Positions 14,832-30,495 of a stretch of 64,000 nt of DNA are shown here, in pieces. The notes under the pieces are model-generated. The model made no database searches and was not told the DNA's origin. It saw only the letters and a list, made by a program, of their open reading frames with translations. Each line of letters starts with the position of its first letter. The first letter of the stretch is position 1. Made by a program: the position numbers and the translations under genes. This DNA comes from Octopus vulgaris (taxonomy: Eukaryota). Where the stretch lies: contig OX597822.1 of NCBI GenBank assembly GCA_951406725.2, forward strand, positions 13,826,001 through 13,890,000. Reading direction: 5' to 3'.

Positions 14832-14961
14832 ATATTTTCTGATTAAAATCCTATTCCGCACCTACTTGATGCAAAGTTTTGCCAGGTTGAATATATATAT
14901 GCACGTGTGTTTGTATGTGTCTACTAAGCGCATAGATATATATATATGTGTGTGTGTATGC

Positions 14962-15221
<260 letters not shown>

Positions 15222-15413
15222 CGTGTGTGTGCTGTATGCAATTATGTGTGTATATACTATACTGAACAAAATTTAATCATGAATTTTATTTGCTTCAGGA
15301 AAATGCTAAGAATAATTAGAATGTATTTGAAGTTTTTATGAAACAAAAATGAAAGCAAAATGCATCTGGGGCTGTGCTGTGTTGTTGTTTTTGTTACTGT
15401 TGTTGTTATTCTT

Positions 15414-15488
<75 letters not shown>

Positions 15489-15673
15489 GTATTTGTCGAT
15501 ATCCGTGCTATTATTACTGATATTTATTTATTTTTAAAATATATATGAATAATTTAAAATGTGGAAAACTAAAGAAAGTAAAAATATACATTCACAAAAG
15601 AATATAAAAATAATTTAGAAAGTTAATACAAAGCGAACTCACAAAATTTATGACATGATGAAGTATAATAGTA

Positions 15674-15704
<31 letters not shown>

Positions 15705-15711
15705 CAATAAT

Positions 15712-15761
<50 letters not shown>

Positions 15762-15763
15762 AT

Positions 15764-16243
15764 GGTTTCACATTTTTGACACAAGACCAGCAATTTCAGA
15801 TGAGTGGGACAGTCAGTTGCATCGACCCCAGTACTCAACTGCTACTCATTTTATCGGCCCCTTAAAGGATGAATGGCAAAGTCGATCTCGGTGGAATTTG
15901 AACTCACAACGTAAAGACAGACGAAATACTGCTAGGTATTTTGTCCGGCGTGCTAACTAGTCTCCCAGCTCAATCATAATAATAATAATGATAATAATAA
16001 TAATAGTAATAACAACAACAATAATAATTATAGTTTCAAAATTTTGCCACAAGGCAGCCATTTTGGGGAAGCGGATGAGTCGATTACGTCTTTCACTGCT
16101 AGTGCTTCACTACTACTTAATTTATAGCCCCCGAAAGGATGAAAGGCAAAGTCGACCTTGGTGGAATTTGAACTCAGAACGTAGCGACGGATGAAATACC
16201 GCTAAGCGTTTCGTCCAACGTGCTAAGGATTGTGCCAGCTCAC
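15764..16243 (-). mobile_element. Two family C SINEs (about 15764-15970 and 16033-16243)
   Basis: aaaggatgaa.ggcaaagtcga..ggaatttgaactca in both copies. Confidence 0.8.
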
Positions 16244-16329
16244 CCATAACGAAGAAGAAGAAGAAGAAGAAGAAGAAGAAGAAGATCTCTGTTATCTCCT
16301 AGCCTTTTTAGTAGTATTTCTATGCCGAC

Positions 16330-16835
16330 CAGGACCACCCTGCTGTGCTGTGAAGCCCTTACAATAGAACCTGATAAATATAAAAATCAGCAAAACTCAA
16401 TCACGCAGCAAATGTAGAATCTGTAGGAAATGAGACGAAAGTATCAATCACATTCTGGATGAGTGCAGTATACTAGCACAAGAGGAGTATAAACGTAGAT
16501 ACGACTGTGAAAACATAAAAAGCGGATTGGGTTATTATTCGCAAAACAAAGGAATGGTATGAACATGGAGCATAGGCTATAATCGAAAGAGGGAATCACA
16601 AGATCGTGTGGGAATTCCCCACAAATACTGATAATTGAGATCGCTGAAATGTGGCAGCTACGTGATTCAAGCATAAAGGTTATCCCTATTGTCATCAGAG
16701 CATTGGGTTCAATACCACCCAATCTGAAAAAAAAAAAACATTTGAAAACCTTAGAAAAACCCTACAATTGTAGATCTATTGCAAAAGTCGCCATTACTTG
16801 GAACTGCACGCATATTGCGTAAAGTACTGTCTATC
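16330..16835 (+). pseudogene. Degenerate RLE LINE C-terminus (CCHC knuckle plus RLE end)
   Basis: CRICRK*DESINHILDECSILAQEEYKRR; VIPIVIRALGSIP; [17 protein letters not shown]. Confidence 0.7.
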
Positions 16836-16872
16836 TGAGATAGATAGATGGATAGACAGACAGACAGATGGG

Positions 16873-16964
<92 letters not shown>

Positions 16965-17001
16965 CATACAAATAGATAGATATACAGATAGATAGATATA
17001 C

Positions 17002-17036
<35 letters not shown>

Positions 17037-17081
17037 CATACAAATAGATAGATATACAGATGGGTAGACAGACAGACAGAC

Positions 17082-17168
<87 letters not shown>

Positions 17169-17636
17169 TGGGTAGGTAGGTAGGTAGATGGATGGATGGA
17201 TGGATAGAGTACAAAAATGACGGTAAACAGGAGCTTTATTTTGTCCTCTGGTATGCCATAGACGCCCACCCAGTTCTGCCATTTCGAAGCCGTCGTTAAA
17301 TGTTTCAGTCTTGGAAATGGTTAAGTTTTTAATAGGATTTTGTACAAATTTCCTGTCTGATTTGCCAATATTGAATGCTTAAAGGTAAAATACTTATTAA
17401 TCTACAGAATAAATACAACCGAACCCCTGCAACCACGGAAATATGGTAATCGGTTGCAAGAAAAGACACACACATATACGCAAACACACACACACATAAA
17501 TACAAACGGGTAGATAGATAGGCAAATGGATAGATAAATAGATAAAGAGAGAGAGAGGGAGAGACAGCTGGATAAATGGATGAATATAAACATGTATAAA
17601 CACGCCTATGTACATCAACACATGTAAGTATATATC

Positions 17637-17750
17637 TTTAAAGATGTATATAAGTGTGATTAAAGATGTATATAAGTGTGATTAAAGATGTATATAAGTG
17701 TGATTAAAGATGTATATAAGTGTGATTAAAGATGTACATAAGTGTGATTA
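17637..17750. repeat. 22-bp minisatellite, five copies
   Basis: aagatgtatataagtgtgatta at 17641, 17663, 17685, 17707, 17729. Confidence 0.9.
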
Positions 17751-18639
17751 CGTGTAAATCTAAATACATATGTACCTCTTTCTCTGTGTGTATGCATGCA
17801 TATTTCTATATGAGTACACACGCAAAGTAATATATGTAAATATATACATACACACACAAGCTACTACATGTGGTGTATATGTACACTCACTCACACACGC
17901 ACGTACGCACACACAAATATGTGTTTATATATGTGTATGCAAGTGTATGTTTTCAATTAAATGTTATTCCATTTTAAAAATTAATATGCATTAAGTTTTA
18001 AGTTATTAAAGAACCACGAGAAAATTCTGTCAGCAGCCAGATTTTGATTATATGAAAGACGGCCGCTGTAAAACTAAATAGAAATATTAACCTCATGAAT
18101 AATGCACCCTACCTACTTTGATCTGTAATTCTTCTATGAAATATGTTTGTATCATGCACACACACATACACACATATGAGCGGGTGTTTATATAGTAAAC
18201 GTATATTTGCGTATATCTAAATCAATCTGTATATACAATGTGTGTATATATATATATATAGGTATAGAAATATGTGTATGTATTATATGTGTGTGTGCGT
18301 GTGTCAGTGTGTCACTGGTTTTACGGGTGTGAGAGATGCAATGAAACTCTAAATCTACACAATACGCTTAAGTCGGTGGAATAACATTCCTTATTCATAG
18401 CTAACTCTCTGTGAGTCACTTCCTTGGGTTTTCCGTTTCAGCTTGTCGGGGGAGGGGTAAGGAGGGCTGCATCAGAATTCAAGAAACGCTACATGTTTTC
18501 TCAAGAACTTTTTATTTCCATTGAATCCCAGAATTCACCCGGCCAACGCTAACTTGTTGGATTCCTCTTAAATGTAACCAGCTCCCTCTACCGTCTTTGA
18601 TCTAAACGAAACAGATCTTTGAGCTATCCACATGAACAT

Positions 18640-19130
18640 TTTAACCTCTAGAAATGTAATTTATAATTTAGTAAATTCTTTTTCTTCCCATTGCTTATTC
18701 TTTCCACTAATAAAAAAAACTTTTATGAAACTTTTCTGTGCTTTAAATGAGAATGTGTTCACAAGTAGTTCTAAAGAGAATAAAACATCTCTTATTCTAA
18801 ACGATCAGCTGGCACAGACTCCCAGAGTCATAGAAATGGAAGAGAAACTTTAAATGGTACAATTTCTTTTTCAACGTGGCAGTAGCATCTCTTTTTCTAA
18901 GTGTTGAAACACATTTTGCTGCCCCAGAACCTTCATTAACAATGTTTTTTTTACCAAGATTACTGTTAAAGTCTCTTACTAACTTCATCCAGCTATTCTA
19001 ACCTTTTAAATAAATATCAAGTTACAACTATGTCTATGCCAATTATAATATATGTTTCTTCGACTTTAAATGTCTCTCTAGTGACTCAAGTTTATCAATG
19101 CATATAAAAACTAATATATCTTCGAAGTTG
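18640..19130 (-). pseudogene. Possible highly degraded LINE APE-endonuclease fragment
   Basis: LVRDFNSNLGK resembles the GDFNA motif; little other support. Confidence 0.3.
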
Positions 19131-19653
19131 TACATTGGTCTCACCGTCAGTTGTTTTAAAGCTTACTCCTTTAATCATACATACACATTTCGAAATTTTA
19201 ACCGAAGCAATAAAACATCATTCTATCGCTTCATTTAGAAATTGAAAATTAAAAAAAAAAATGCTCATAGCAATAAATATAACAATAAATCATACAGTAT
19301 GTGTACTTCAGGAAACTTCGAAATTTACTTTGCCAAAGACCCAATTCTGAGTTTTATCGCTAAAATATTGTTCTTTAAGACCGACAAATATTTTGAGCCA
19401 GTTATTCTCATCCTCTTAACGTTGACCGAACAGTGTTCTAATTTTCCTCCAGATACATTTATATTAACTTAATCTTAACTTAGTATTACCTTTCATTGTA
19501 ATCTGCTCTTGCCATCTTAATATTCTAAATGGCATCACCATTTTGCCACATCTGTTAAAGCAGCAAACTGTATACTATACATATGCGAAAGTGAATTTTG
19601 AGGTTTTCGATCGTGCGCAGAGCGTATCCTTTACAGCCATACCGTAATATATA

Positions 19654-20388
19654 CATGGTCTGATCAATAAGTATCCGGACTGTTGCTATAGTAACAAAAC
19701 TAATGCATGCAGAGTAAAGCCGCTTGGTACAAACTGATCTTGAACTCTGCTGTGTACTAAGTTTTAACGTTCTAGCTCACGCTGTCTACAGCAGTGCTTG
19801 GAAGGAAGGTGTGTGGCGCGTGATCGTCGCATTGACCATGATAGAGAAAGTTGAGCAGAGAATCTGCATCAAATTTTTCCAAAAAGCTTGGCAATACTTG
19901 CTCAGAGGCCCAGTAAACTCTTCAAAAACTTTTCATCATTCTCGATGCAATCAAGGAGATCTTGTGCAACTGAAACTCGAATGTCTTTTTGGTTAGCTGA
20001 AAGTAGTTTGGGCTCAAACGTGGCAGACTTGCATCACATACCCAGATCTTCAATGATGATGGGTTGAACTGAACCATAACTAATCTGCACAATGTCTGAT
20101 AACTTACGGATGGTGATTCCACGATTTCCATACATTTTCTGCAACTTTGCATAAGCCTCTGAGCGGATATCGCCATAACAACATTCTCTGCTATGGTCAA
20201 TGCGACGATCACTCGCTACACATCTTCCTTCCAAGCACTGTTGTAAATAGTGGAAGTGAGCTAGAACGGTAAAACTTAATGCGCATGCACAGCAAAGTTC
20301 CAGGTAAATCTTTGCCAAGCGGCTTCACTCGGCGTGCTTTAGCTTAGTTACTATGGCAACAGTCCGGATACTTATTGATCAGACCTCG
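19654..20388. mobile_element. Non-autonomous mariner derivative made of two 5' ends in inverted orientation
   Basis: ggtctgatcaataagtatccggactgttgc at both ends, inverted; inverted similarity extends about 200 bp; TA on both flanks; MIEKVEQRICIKF mariner N-terminus. Confidence 0.85.
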
Positions 20389-21052
20389 TACATTGAAATA
20401 ATCTCTGAACTTGTGCAACCATTCTGATTCTCTTTTCGACATATTCATTTTTACTGATTTTCAAGAATAATGTTGCCTTTGTTCAGTTTTATAAGTGCTG
20501 TTCTTTACTTTTATCTGGTATATTTTCTCATTCCTTATCTCATTCAAATTCATACTTTCATTTCTCATAGTTGGTCTAAGCAGGTATTTTCTTCTATTCC
20601 CCTTCTCACCCACCCCCCCATTCCATTTCATCTAATCTATTTCAACCTATAATTTATTATTGTAATTTATTATTTTTTGATTTCATGTCTTCATTTATTT
20701 CTTTATAATTTTTCACGCATCCTCCTTCCACTCATAGATTTATTCTACAATCTAACACATGATTTTTCCAAAATTAGTGACTTCATATTTCTTTACCATC
20801 ACAGAAATTTTTCATTTTATTCCCTTTTCATTTTCCCACATTTTCACACTCCATACTCATAATCTGACTGGTACTTCTATGAAAACCTCCTCCATATTTG
20901 AATTTTTTCCCCACTTATCCCACTCCTGTATTTAACTCTTTAAAATAAATTTTTTAAAAAGCTGCATTCCTTCATGGCTTTGTTCACCTTGATAAGAACG
21001 CTTACCATTATTTCTACACATTTTATCTGGTTTTTAAATATTAAATAATATA

Positions 21053-21226
21053 GGCGCAGGAGTGGCTGTGTGGTAAGTAGCTTGCTAACCAACCACATGG
21101 TTCCAGGTTCAGTCCCACTGCGTGGCATCTTAGGCATGTGTCTTCTGCTATAGCCCCGTGCCGACCAATGCCTTGTGAGTGGATTTGGTAGACGGAAACT
21201 GAAAAAAGCCTGTCGTTTATATTATA

Positions 21227-21272
<46 letters not shown>

Positions 21273-21484
21273 TTGTGTGTCTGTGTTTGTCCCCCTAGCA
21301 TTGCTTGACAACCGATGCTGGTGTGTTTACGTCCCCGTCACTTAGCGGTTCGGCAAAAGAGACCGATAGAATAAGTACTGGGCTTACAAAGAATAAGTCC
21401 CGGGGTCGATTTGCTCGACTAAAGGCGGTGCTCCAGCATGGCCGCAGTCAAATGACTGAAACAAGTAAAAGAGTAAAAGAGAGT
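21053..21484 (+). mobile_element. tRNA-derived SINE family B with internal (TA)n(TG)n
   Basis: tggctgtgtggtaag A-box, ggttcagtccc B-box, internal microsatellite, tail gaaacaagtaaaagag; several copies in the window. Confidence 0.9.
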
Positions 21485-21945
21485 ATACATATTCCCCTAA
21501 ACACCAAAATACTTGAATTTACAACAGCATTTATTATGTACGGGTGCAAAGAATTTTCATCTCCTCATTTGCATATATTCCATCTATACAACGACTTCAA
21601 TCTTTTTCTACGTCAATTATTATTATACAGGGTGGCTCCAAAATAGGTTTACAGTTATCTCGAAGGCACTTTAAATATCTTTTAAAACATTTTAATACCT
21701 TAAATTTCTATCTTACAAACTGAAAAGAGAGCTTCACAAAATTAAATAAATTAGCGGAGAATAGTGGTTTCATATTTTTTGTGATTGAGAATTATCCAAA
21801 ATTTTGACTACCTCCTTCTATCTGTACATCACTTCAAACGCACTATACAGACATGCATGCATTCATCTATCCAACCATTCATACATACACACACACATAC
21901 ATACATACACACATACATACACACACATATACATATACATATACA

Positions 21946-21979
<34 letters not shown>

Positions 21980-22244
21980 CATACATATACATACACATAT
22001 ACATACATACATACATACATACATACATACATACATACACACATACATAAATACATACATACATACATTCACACACATATACATACATACATGCATACAT
22101 ACATACATATATACATACACAAACATACATACATATAAACAATGACTTCGAACTTTCGGACTGTTAAGCCATCATCGGTCAGTCCGACAATAACTTTACA
22201 AGCCGGGACTTCGATGCCACAGACAACAATATTCTCGTTTAAGA

Positions 22245-22301
<57 letters not shown>

Positions 22302-22407
22302 TACACACACATGCATACATACATACACACATAGATAGACAGACAGATAGATAGATAGATATTTATGTGTGTGTGTATATATATAATATTTATATAATCA
22401 TGTATAT

Positions 22408-22452
<45 letters not shown>

Positions 22453-22696
22453 CGGCAGGTGGAGGGCATAGGCTGAAGAGCATCGGTATTTGGTTTTGGT
22501 GCTGGTTTACATCTTGTCTGTTTGCCGCTGTCGTGTGTGGTCCCTTTTGCATGGATGCCATCTTGAAGAAACATGAAAGGCAAACAGAATTAGATGGAAA
22601 CAGATAAAGAAAGATGAAAGACAATGCGGGAAAAAGAAACATTATTTTCTTTCGTATGCCTTCTCTCAAACTGAGTGTAGCACACACACACAGACA

Positions 22697-22731
<35 letters not shown>

Positions 22732-23003
22732 AAACAAACATACACACAAATACACGTGTATAAATACATTCACACTCACTCACACACAAACACACATATT
22801 TTATGCTTACATATACATATTTTATATATATATACACACACACAATCATAGATATATACCGACATATATGAATATATATCACTACGTATAGATGCTCACA
22901 CACAGATATATATGTATATACATATATATAAACACATATGTATATAAATATGTGTATATGTGTATATACACATATGTATATATGTATATATATATATATA
23001 TAA

Positions 23004-23077
<74 letters not shown>

Positions 23078-23078
23078 A

Positions 23079-23114
<36 letters not shown>

Positions 23115-23153
23115 GTATATATATGTATATATATATATATGTGTGTATATGTG

Positions 23154-23201
<48 letters not shown>

Positions 23202-23671
23202 ATCATGGATATATACCGACATATATGAATATATATCACTACGTATAGATGCTCACACACAGATACAAAGGCACGTGCACGCACACAGCGACACACAAGC
23301 ACGACCATGTGTGTGTGTAAGTGTATGCGGAGGGAGAAATAGTGAGAGAAAATAATGAATTTTGAATTGGAGGCATAGAAGGAAATAAGACAGATTATCA
23401 TCCTGGCTTCAAACCCCTGGTTTCATTTAAATCTCGTTTAAAGAAGATCACAGTTACCTTCTGGTGTACTGTGCTGACGGTTACAATGGACTTACACGTA
23501 AAGTGTACACACACTCACACAAACACAGACTCATACACAAACAAACGATTACACACACACATGCATAGATACGCATGCGTATACTTACATATAAAAGTTA
23601 TAAAAATTTTGAGACATATGCATATATACCTATATGCATATGTATCTATAAGCTCATTTATACACACACAG

Positions 23672-23748
<77 letters not shown>

Positions 23749-23864
23749 CATATATGTGTACGTGTGTGTATATTTACGTATATACGTTCTGTACATATTT
23801 ATGCTTTTGTTTATAAACAGATGCATATATATATACATATATATATATACACACACACACATAT

Positions 23865-23938
<74 letters not shown>

Positions 23939-24479
23939 GTAATAGTGTAATACGTATACTAAAAAGGAAAAGAAATTGAAATGGTTGATCGCTATTTTAT
24001 CTCAGTGATTGCATAGAGATACTGAACTCGTTAATCATTAATAATGGATTATCTCCCCACAGAAAATAACTGTAAATCTCTCCTACATCAAAAGATGTCG
24101 CCACGAGACAATAAAGGAGCCTTGATTTCATTTTCGACTCAGCAGAGAAAGGAGCGTGCATCTCTTTTATAGCAAACTGTAGCGTCATAAAAACGAAAGT
24201 GGAATGATAGATTTGATAAGGTAATCCTTCATTAACTGGGTCTGTAAATCAGGAGGTTGGACTACGGCGATGGAGAAAGGAAGTTGATCTTCGTTCTGCT
24301 TGATTAGGACTGATTCTTTGAGTCCAAACAGCAACAACAACCTTACAAATGGTGTTGATATGTACTGACCAGTATTGATTCTTCCTCGTTAGCGGCATAT
24401 TGAAGGAACTCTAATTTTGTTGGGTCGAGTCGCTCCCTTAACATTTGCCGCCGTTCGAACACTTGGCTTTTTCCCAACA

Positions 24480-24722
24480 GGCACAGTCGTAGCTCGGTGG
24501 TTAAGAAGCTCGCTTTACAACCACGTGATTTAGAGCTTAGTCTCACTGCGCGACACCTTAGGCAAGTCCTTCCAACCTATGACGCTTTGTCGATGGAAAC
24601 TGTACGGAAGCTTGACGGAATTTAGTTGACAGAAACTGACTGGAAGCTCGTCGTGCACACACACACACACACACACGCACACACACATACACACACATGT
24701 ATATATATATATATATACACAT

Positions 24723-24753
<31 letters not shown>

Positions 24754-25145
24754 ATAATATATACATATATGTATATATATGCATATACGCAATAGGACTG
24801 GGGAAGCACCGCCTTTTAGTTGAAGAAATTGACCCCTAAACTTATTCTTTTAAGCCTGGTGCTTATTCTATCGGTCTCTTATGCCGAACCGCTAATTTAC
24901 GAGGATGTAAACACACCAACATCGGTTGTCAAGTGATAGTGACGGGGACAAACCGACACAAACACACACATATAAATACATACAATAGGCTTCTTTCAGT
25001 TTCCACCTACCAGATCCATTCACAAGACTTTGGTTGGCCCGAGGCTATAGTAGGAGACATTTGCCCTTAGTGCAACGCAGCGGGGCTGAACCCGGAACCA
25101 TGTGGTTAGGGAGAAAGCTTCTTACCACACGCCCACGCCTGCGCC
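24480..25145. mobile_element. Family B SINE head (+, 24480-24655) and family B SINE (-, 24805-25145)
   Basis: Similarity to 21053-21484 in opposite orientations. Confidence 0.75.
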
Positions 25146-26993
25146 CTTATACAAAGTATTTTAAGAATGTTTTTTAATACAGACCCTGATAATATTTAAT
25201 GATAAAAATATAATAGGATTTTGTAAATATTGATTGGCTATGAGGGTCCGCCATAATAAGATTAAAATAAAAGATATCCACAGAAAAAAATGGTTGAGCA
25301 ACACTGATCTAAAGTTAATGCGCTGTTGTAATTTTAATTCACTTCTTTGTCTCGGTTTTGCTTGATATACTTTCACTGATTGGAGACCCCAACTAACGAA
25401 ACATGATGTGTCTATTGATTCCAGCTGAATGTTAATGATTTCAACTTACTCCATCGACGTCAAACTTTAGTTTTATTCGTTTTCCATGCCAATCTTTAAT
25501 CGCCATGACCTGACTTGATCCGCGACTAATTTCCATTCTATATCTACTGGAAATAATAAGGAGAGAAGAGGCCGGAGAGCTAGAAGAATCGTTTTACGTT
25601 CTGAGTTGAAATTCCGTGAAAATCTATTTTACCTTTCATTCTTTCGGGAGAGATGGAAAAAAACAGAAAACTAGTTGAGCATTGGGGTCGTATAAGCGAA
25701 TATCCCGCTTTCCCAAGATTTCAGACCTGCTACCTATAGTAGAAAAAAAAAAAAAAAAGAAAGGAAAAGGAGTTGTTAATTCATTTCATTTCGGCGGTAG
25801 ACATTTACTTAATACCAGCAGAACCCGTCGACATCTCACGTTTTAGAAAATATTCTTATTTTTGTTCCTATGCAAAAATGCATAAATCTTCGTAACTGTC
25901 TTTCTTCAAATTGAATATTTCGATTAGGTTTTGGATTTCTTTCTGTAGCTTAGATTGTCTTAAGTGTAACGCAATAACACACGTATGATGCTATATAGGA
26001 ATAAATAGGATAATATTATATGATCTGAATTATGCAATACAAGCAGCTCTAGGGTGAAAGCTTTATGAGTATGACAAAATGAATGTCTGTCTGTGGTGTG
26101 TTGTCAAAAAGCCCAAGGCTGCGGTTAACATCCAGGAAAAATCGCTTTACCGACGTATAGTATTAAAAATACACACAATCTATTTCAGAGCTAGGCGAAA
26201 TGAAATAACCTCAACAGTGACCGCGCGAGCTACGGATACGTATTTCACCGTTGTTGCGACTTCTCAATGTCACTTCCGAAATGAAATCGAGTCAAGCAGT
26301 CTGAAATATATAGAGATAGTGCATACAATATACACTAACTTGCAAAGGTGCCGCATCAGCGGAATAAAATTCGAACTATATAACAGAACTAGCTCTATGG
26401 TAAGAGCACTATCAATACAGCATGTTTAATATATGTATGGAATTGAAAAACCAGACGTCACAGTTTTAGTCCGGGAAACAAAATGGCCACATCCCGCCAA
26501 TTCATTGTCTTTGATTTCCATTTTATCGACGTTGATTGTACGACAGGTGTGGAAATCGCAATACAGAGAACGAAAAACAAACGTTACGATGCATATGCTG
26601 TGCTCCAGCGACTCTGATAATTTGCCAGCAACAGTTTTTTTGGAAATGATATGGGATTAATTTGCCATAGTTTTTTCGGATGCATAAAGGGGAATGTCGT
26701 TTTGTGAAGTCCCTTCGATGTTATATTTTACCTGTTATGATATACGTTTATATCACCTCTTTTTCTATAATAGAGTACGCATGTGAGTACATGCAGTTGC
26801 CTGAACGGGGTATTATTCTCACTCTTTCTCTTCCCTCTTTCTCTCTCTCTAATATATGCATATATATATATATTAATCAGCCGAAATTACTACGATGATC
26901 CGGTTCTTGACTGAAGACTGAGGGTTTCGAATGTCCTGTCCGTGTTTATTGTATCGTCTTCTAAGAGTTATACGTTCTTGTCCATTTTTCTAC

Positions 26994-27051
<58 letters not shown>

Positions 27052-27132
27052 TCCCGGGTTGATTCGGGGTTAACCACAGTAAGTAAGGTACTCAATACAT
27101 AGCAGAGTAAAATTAATTTATTATATAGAAGG

Positions 27133-27181
27133 AGCTTCTACAGGACTAGTACTGTTTCATTCAAGAGATCTTCAGGAAGCT
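27133..27181 (-). ncRNA. Type I hammerhead motif, left arm (helix II shorter by 2 nt)
   Basis: Revcomp: agcttc-CTGAAGA-tctcttgaat-GAAA-cag tactagtc ctg-TA-gaagct. Confidence 0.65.
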
Positions 27182-27523
27182 ATTTAACAAGAATTGTATT
27201 AGCATTTATACATTTAGGCAGGTTTAAAGGAGTGGTGGTGGGGGACTTTTTTGGGGGTAGGCATAGCGCAAAATATCATACTTGGGGGAGTGGTCAAGGA
27301 GTCAGTGGTAAGTTAGATGAAAGAATAGATAAATAAAAAAATAAAATAATAAAATAAAATAAAAAAATAAAATAAAAAAATAAAAAAATAAAAAATATAT
27401 ATAAAAAATATATATATAAAAATATATATATATAAAAAAAGGGGGGATAGAGTTATAGGTAAATAAGGAGATTCTCACTTATACCTATACACATATGTAT
27501 ACGTATCTACACACATATATATA

Positions 27524-27565
<42 letters not shown>

Positions 27566-27862
27566 TATATACACATATACATACATATCTACATACACAC
27601 ATACATACACCCGCCCACATATACAAATTTATACACATGCACATGCATATACCTGTCTACACATACACACACGTATATATGCATACACTCACTCCCATGC
27701 ATGCACGCATACACACATGTATATATATACACACGACCACACATACATATATACACAGAAAAATATATATTCATACGCACATACACTCATGCACACACAA
27801 CACACCTAGTTCCCTATATACACATATTTACACCTATATATACATACACCCACATACACATA

Positions 27863-27904
<42 letters not shown>

Positions 27905-28001
27905 CACGCATACATATATATACATGTGTGCACATACATACATACACATATACATACACACACACATACACATGTGTACCTATACATACCTACACATACA
28001 C

Positions 28002-28056
<55 letters not shown>

Positions 28057-28447
28057 CCAATACAGGCCCATTCCCTAATTTTAATTTTATTATCTTCATT
28101 TATTACTTTTGTTATCTTTGATCGCTAGAGCTAAGGATCCTGGCTATGGCAGCATGTCCATTTGTCTGTCTACTAGAAGGCAAGTACTCATTCCCGCACG
28201 CACACTCATTAGCACGTACATTCACCCATTCGTACACTCATACACATACACGTACGCACGCGTTATATTCATACATACAAACATCTACATACGTTCACGT
28301 ATATACACATACGTACTCGTACCTACAGATTCGTGTCTACACTTTAGGAGGCTAGTCTATACATATACACCAATAAATATACATATATATATATATACAC
28401 ATATACATACACACACACACATATACTCCTACATACAGATACATACC

Positions 28448-28501
<54 letters not shown>

Positions 28502-28898
28502 CATACATACACACACACACATATATATACACACACATACATACACATATATATACATACACAAACATATATACACACATATATATATATACACGTGTAT
28601 GGGTACGCATGTATATGTGTATGTGCGTGTATGTGTATGTATGCATATATGTATGTATGCATGTATATGTGTATGTATATATGTGTGTAAGTGTGTGCAT
28701 ATATGTATATGTAAGTATGTGTGCGTGTATGAGTACGTATGTATGCTTGCACACGTGTATATATGTGTGTGTGTGTATATATATGGATGCACGTGCGTGT
28801 GTGCACGTGTATGGGTACGCATGTATATGTGTATGTGCGTGTATGCGTATACGTGTATGTATGTATGTGTGTGCGTATATTTGTATATGTATGTGTGA

Positions 28899-28935
<37 letters not shown>

Positions 28936-29135
28936 TGGGGGTGTGTGTATGCGTATAAATGCATGTAAGTATGGATGTATGGATGTATGTATGTATGTAT
29001 ACGTATGTATGTGTTTGTGTGTATATGTATGTATGTGTGTGTATGTGTGTATATATATATATGTGTGTATATATGTTTGTGTATGTATATATATGTGTAT
29101 GTATGTGTGTGTATATATATGTGTGTGTGTGTATG

Positions 29136-29195
<60 letters not shown>

Positions 29196-29588
29196 GGTAT
29201 GTATCTGTATGTAGGAGTATATGTGTGTGTGTGTATGTATATGTGTATATATATATATATGTATATTTATTGGTGTATATGTATAGACTAGCCTCCTAAA
29301 GTGTAGACACGAATCTGTGTAGGTACGAGTACGTATGTGTATATACGTGAACGTATGTAGATGTTTGTATGTATGAATATAACGCGTGCGTACGTGTATG
29401 TGTATGAGTGTACGAATGGGTGAATGTACGTGCTAATGAGTGTGCGTGCGGGAATGAGTACTTGCCTTCTAGTAGACAGACAAATGGACATGCTGCCATA
29501 GCCAGGATCCTTAGCTCTAGCGATCAAAGATAACAAAAGTAATAAATGAAGATAATAAAATTAAAATTAGGGAATGGGCCTGTATTGG

Positions 29589-29647
<59 letters not shown>

Positions 29648-29752
29648 GTGTATGTGTAGGTATGTATAGGTACACATGTGTATGTGTGTGTGTATGTATA
29701 TGTGTACATGTATGTATGTGCACACATGTATATATATGTATGCGTGTATATG

Positions 29753-29785
<33 letters not shown>

Positions 29786-30087
29786 GTACATATGTGTATG
29801 TGGGTGTATGTATATATAGGTGTAAATATGTGTATATAGGGAACTAGGTGTGTTGTGTGTGCATGAGTGTATGTGCGTATGAATATATATTTTTCTGTGT
29901 ATATATGTATGTGTGGTCGTGTGTATATATATACATGTGTGTATGCGTGCATGCATGGGAGTGAGTGTATGCATATATACGTGTGTGTATGTGTAGACAG
30001 GTATATGCATGTGCATGTGTATAAATTTGTATATGTGGGCGGGTGTATGTATGTGTGTATGTAGATATGTATGTATATGTGTATATA

Positions 30088-30131
<44 letters not shown>

Positions 30132-30495
30132 TATATATATGTGTGTAGATACGTATACATATGTGTATAGGTATAAGTGAGAATCTCCTTATTTACCTAT
30201 AACTCTATCCCCCCTTTTTTTATATATATATATTTTTTTATATATATATTTTTTATATATATTTTTTATTTTTTATTTTTTTATTTTTTTATTTTTTTAT
30301 TTTTTTATTTTATTTTTTTATTTTATTATTTTATATTTTTTATTTATCTATTCTTTCATCTAACTTACCACTGACTCCTTGACCACTCCCCCAAGTATGA
30401 TATTTTGCGCTATGCCTACCCCCCAAAAAAGTCCCCCACCACCACTCCTTTAAACCTGCCTAAATGTATAAATGCTAATACAATTCTTGTTAAAT

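Noticed and set aside
17637-17750. Regular 22-bp repeats as a CRISPR or telomeric array
   Set aside because: No spacers, no TTAGGG, eukaryotic context; an ordinary minisatellite.
22830-23265. Direct repeat of about 78 bp (22830-22908 / 23185-23265); similar cases at 2095-2220 and 46455-46650
   Set aside because: Consistent with slippage duplication among microsatellites; no further structure.
25990-26720. Short ORFs in non-repetitive sequence
   Set aside because: No recognisable motif or splice pattern; possibly an old transposon, unsupported.
26878-27000. ctgaaga...ttcgaatgtc as another hammerhead
   Set aside because: No GAAA in the right position and no helix I or II could be paired on either strand.
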